Shown here: positions 23,216-24,000 of the stretch, in pieces
How positions within the stretch are numbered: the stretch's first letter is position 1
Layout: each line of letters opens with the position of its first letter
NCBI GenBank assembly: GCA_046313435.1
Contig: JBKBYG010000020.1
Coordinates: forward strand, 1 to 24,000
Source of the DNA: Alphaproteobacteria bacterium
GTDB taxonomy: Bacteria; Pseudomonadota; Alphaproteobacteria; Rickettsiales; Arcanibacteraceae
Length of the DNA: 24,000 nucleotides
Direction: 5' to 3'
Program-made: the position numbers and the translations under genes
The notes under the pieces: model-generated
Told to the model about the DNA's origin: nothing
Database searches by the model: none
The model's input: the letters and a program-made list of their open reading frames with translations, nothing else

Positions 23216-24000
23216 TTGGATTTTCTTTTAAAACGCCATAATACTAACCAAGTCAAAGTTGGAAATATTTTAATAGGAGGAGGCGCTCCTATTGTTGTAC
23301 AATCGATGACTAATACTGATACTGCAGATGCACATTCTACAGCAATGCAGATTATTGAATTAAGCAATGCAGGATCAGAGATCGTTAGAATTACAGTAAA
23401 TAATGAAGAATCAGCAAAACAAATTCCAAAAATTAAGGAAATACTTAGTAAATATAATTGTAAAACTCCTATAGTAGGGGATTTTCACTATAATGGGCAC
23501 AGCTTACTTACAAAATATCCCGAATGTGCTGAGTTTTTGGATAAGTATCGTATTAACCCAGGAAATGTAGGTTTTGGTGTAAAGCAAGATTTACAATTTC
23601 AAACAATGATTGATATTGCAATTAAATATGACAAGCCGGTAAGGATAGGCGTGAATTGGGGAAGCTTAGATCAAAATATTGTCGCAAAATTAATGGACGA
23701 GAATTTAAAGCTCTTAAATCCTTTATCAAATGAAGAAATTCTTAGAAAAGCTTTAATTAAATCAGTGTTGGATAGTGCTAAGAAAGCTGAAGAATTAGGC
23801 TTAAGTAAAAATAAAATAATTTTGTCTTGTAAAGTTAGCAGGGTAGCTGATTTAGTTGTTATCTATAAAGAACTTGCTCGCTTATCTAATTATGCTTTGC
23901 ATTTAGGCCTTACTGAAGCAGGCTTAGGATCAAAAGCTATTGTCTCATCCGCTTCTGCAATGTCAATTTTGCTTTATCAAGGCATTGGGGATACACTAAG
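23216..24000 (+). CDS. ispG: 4-hydroxy-3-methylbut-2-enyl diphosphate synthase IspG/GcpE (3'-truncated by the window end)
   Basis: Hand translation from TTG 23216 stays open to the window end. It reads (M)[37 protein letters not shown]...IVRITVNN...[11 protein letters not shown]...YRINPGNVG...[10 protein letters not shown]...[10 protein letters not shown]. These are the hallmark IspG blocks. It is missing from the ORF track because no stop codon lies in the window. Confidence 0.9.
   Translation, partial: MDFLLKRHNTNQVKVGNILIGGGAPIVVQSMTNTDTADAHSTAMQIIELSNAGSEIVRITVNNEESAKQIPKIKEILSKYNCKTPIVGDFHYNGHSLLTKYPECAEFLDKYRINPGNVGFGVKQDLQFQTMIDIAIKYDKPVRIGVNWGSLDQNIVAKLMDENLKLLNPLSNEEILRKALIKSVLDSAKKAEELGLSKNKIILSCKVSRVADLVVIYKELARLSNYALHLGLTEAGLGSKAIVSSASAMSILLYQGIGDTL

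Noticed and set aside
1-24000. Scan for CRISPR arrays, tandem repeats, IS elements or transposases, integrases, prophage genes and rRNA
   Set aside because: Reading both strands, I found no regularly spaced direct repeats, no transposase, recombinase or phage-like ORFs, and no rRNA-like GC-rich structured blocks. The only repeat family seen is the palindromic element at 8413 and 10370.

Overview
Visibly AT-rich, tightly packed bacterial chromosome segment. Ankyrin-repeat ORFs, a palindromic element resembling Rickettsia palindromic elements (RPE), a reduced housekeeping gene set and Asn/Lys/Ile-rich proteins suggest an obligate-intracellular alphaproteobacterium of the Rickettsiales. This is inference only; no search was possible. 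The MEP-pathway gene ispG argues against genus Rickettsia proper. I call 1 tRNA (Asp-GTC) and 19 CDS. The CDS are dut, a DASS anion symporter, msrB, an orphan family-3 solute-binding protein, nhaA, two paralogous ABC half-transporter exporters, comEC, a PAP2 phosphatase, intracellular PHB depolymerase phaZ, an ankyrin-repeat protein, M24B aminopeptidase P, ftsK, an XRE regulator, SCO1/SenC, three domain-less orphans (561 aa, 427 aa, 156 aa) and ispG. ispG runs off the window end and is absent from the ORF track. There is also one intact and one decayed copy of a ~125-bp palindromic MITE-like element, plus a few hairpins and promoter-like motifs. I see no CRISPR, IS/transposase, integrase, phage genes or recognisable defence or toxin-antitoxin modules. 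I do not see a convincing multi-gene novel system; most of the window is core housekeeping. The best leads are: (1) the palindromic element copies in direct orientation bracketing one ABC exporter gene; (2) the ABC paralog pair, split by an opposite-strand Lys-rich orphan with degenerate ankyrin-like repeats, and carrying ~90% nucleotide-identity patches in the NBDs; (3) a small accessory-looking islet (19690-22098) with a 427-aa orphan bearing a C-terminal bilobed Gly/Ala/Ser-rich hydrophobic domain, the longest non-coding spacer, and an XRE regulator with palindromic operator-like sites; (4) a signal-peptide Pro/Met-rich protein wedged between sco1 and ispG. All functional ideas for the orphans are hypotheses.
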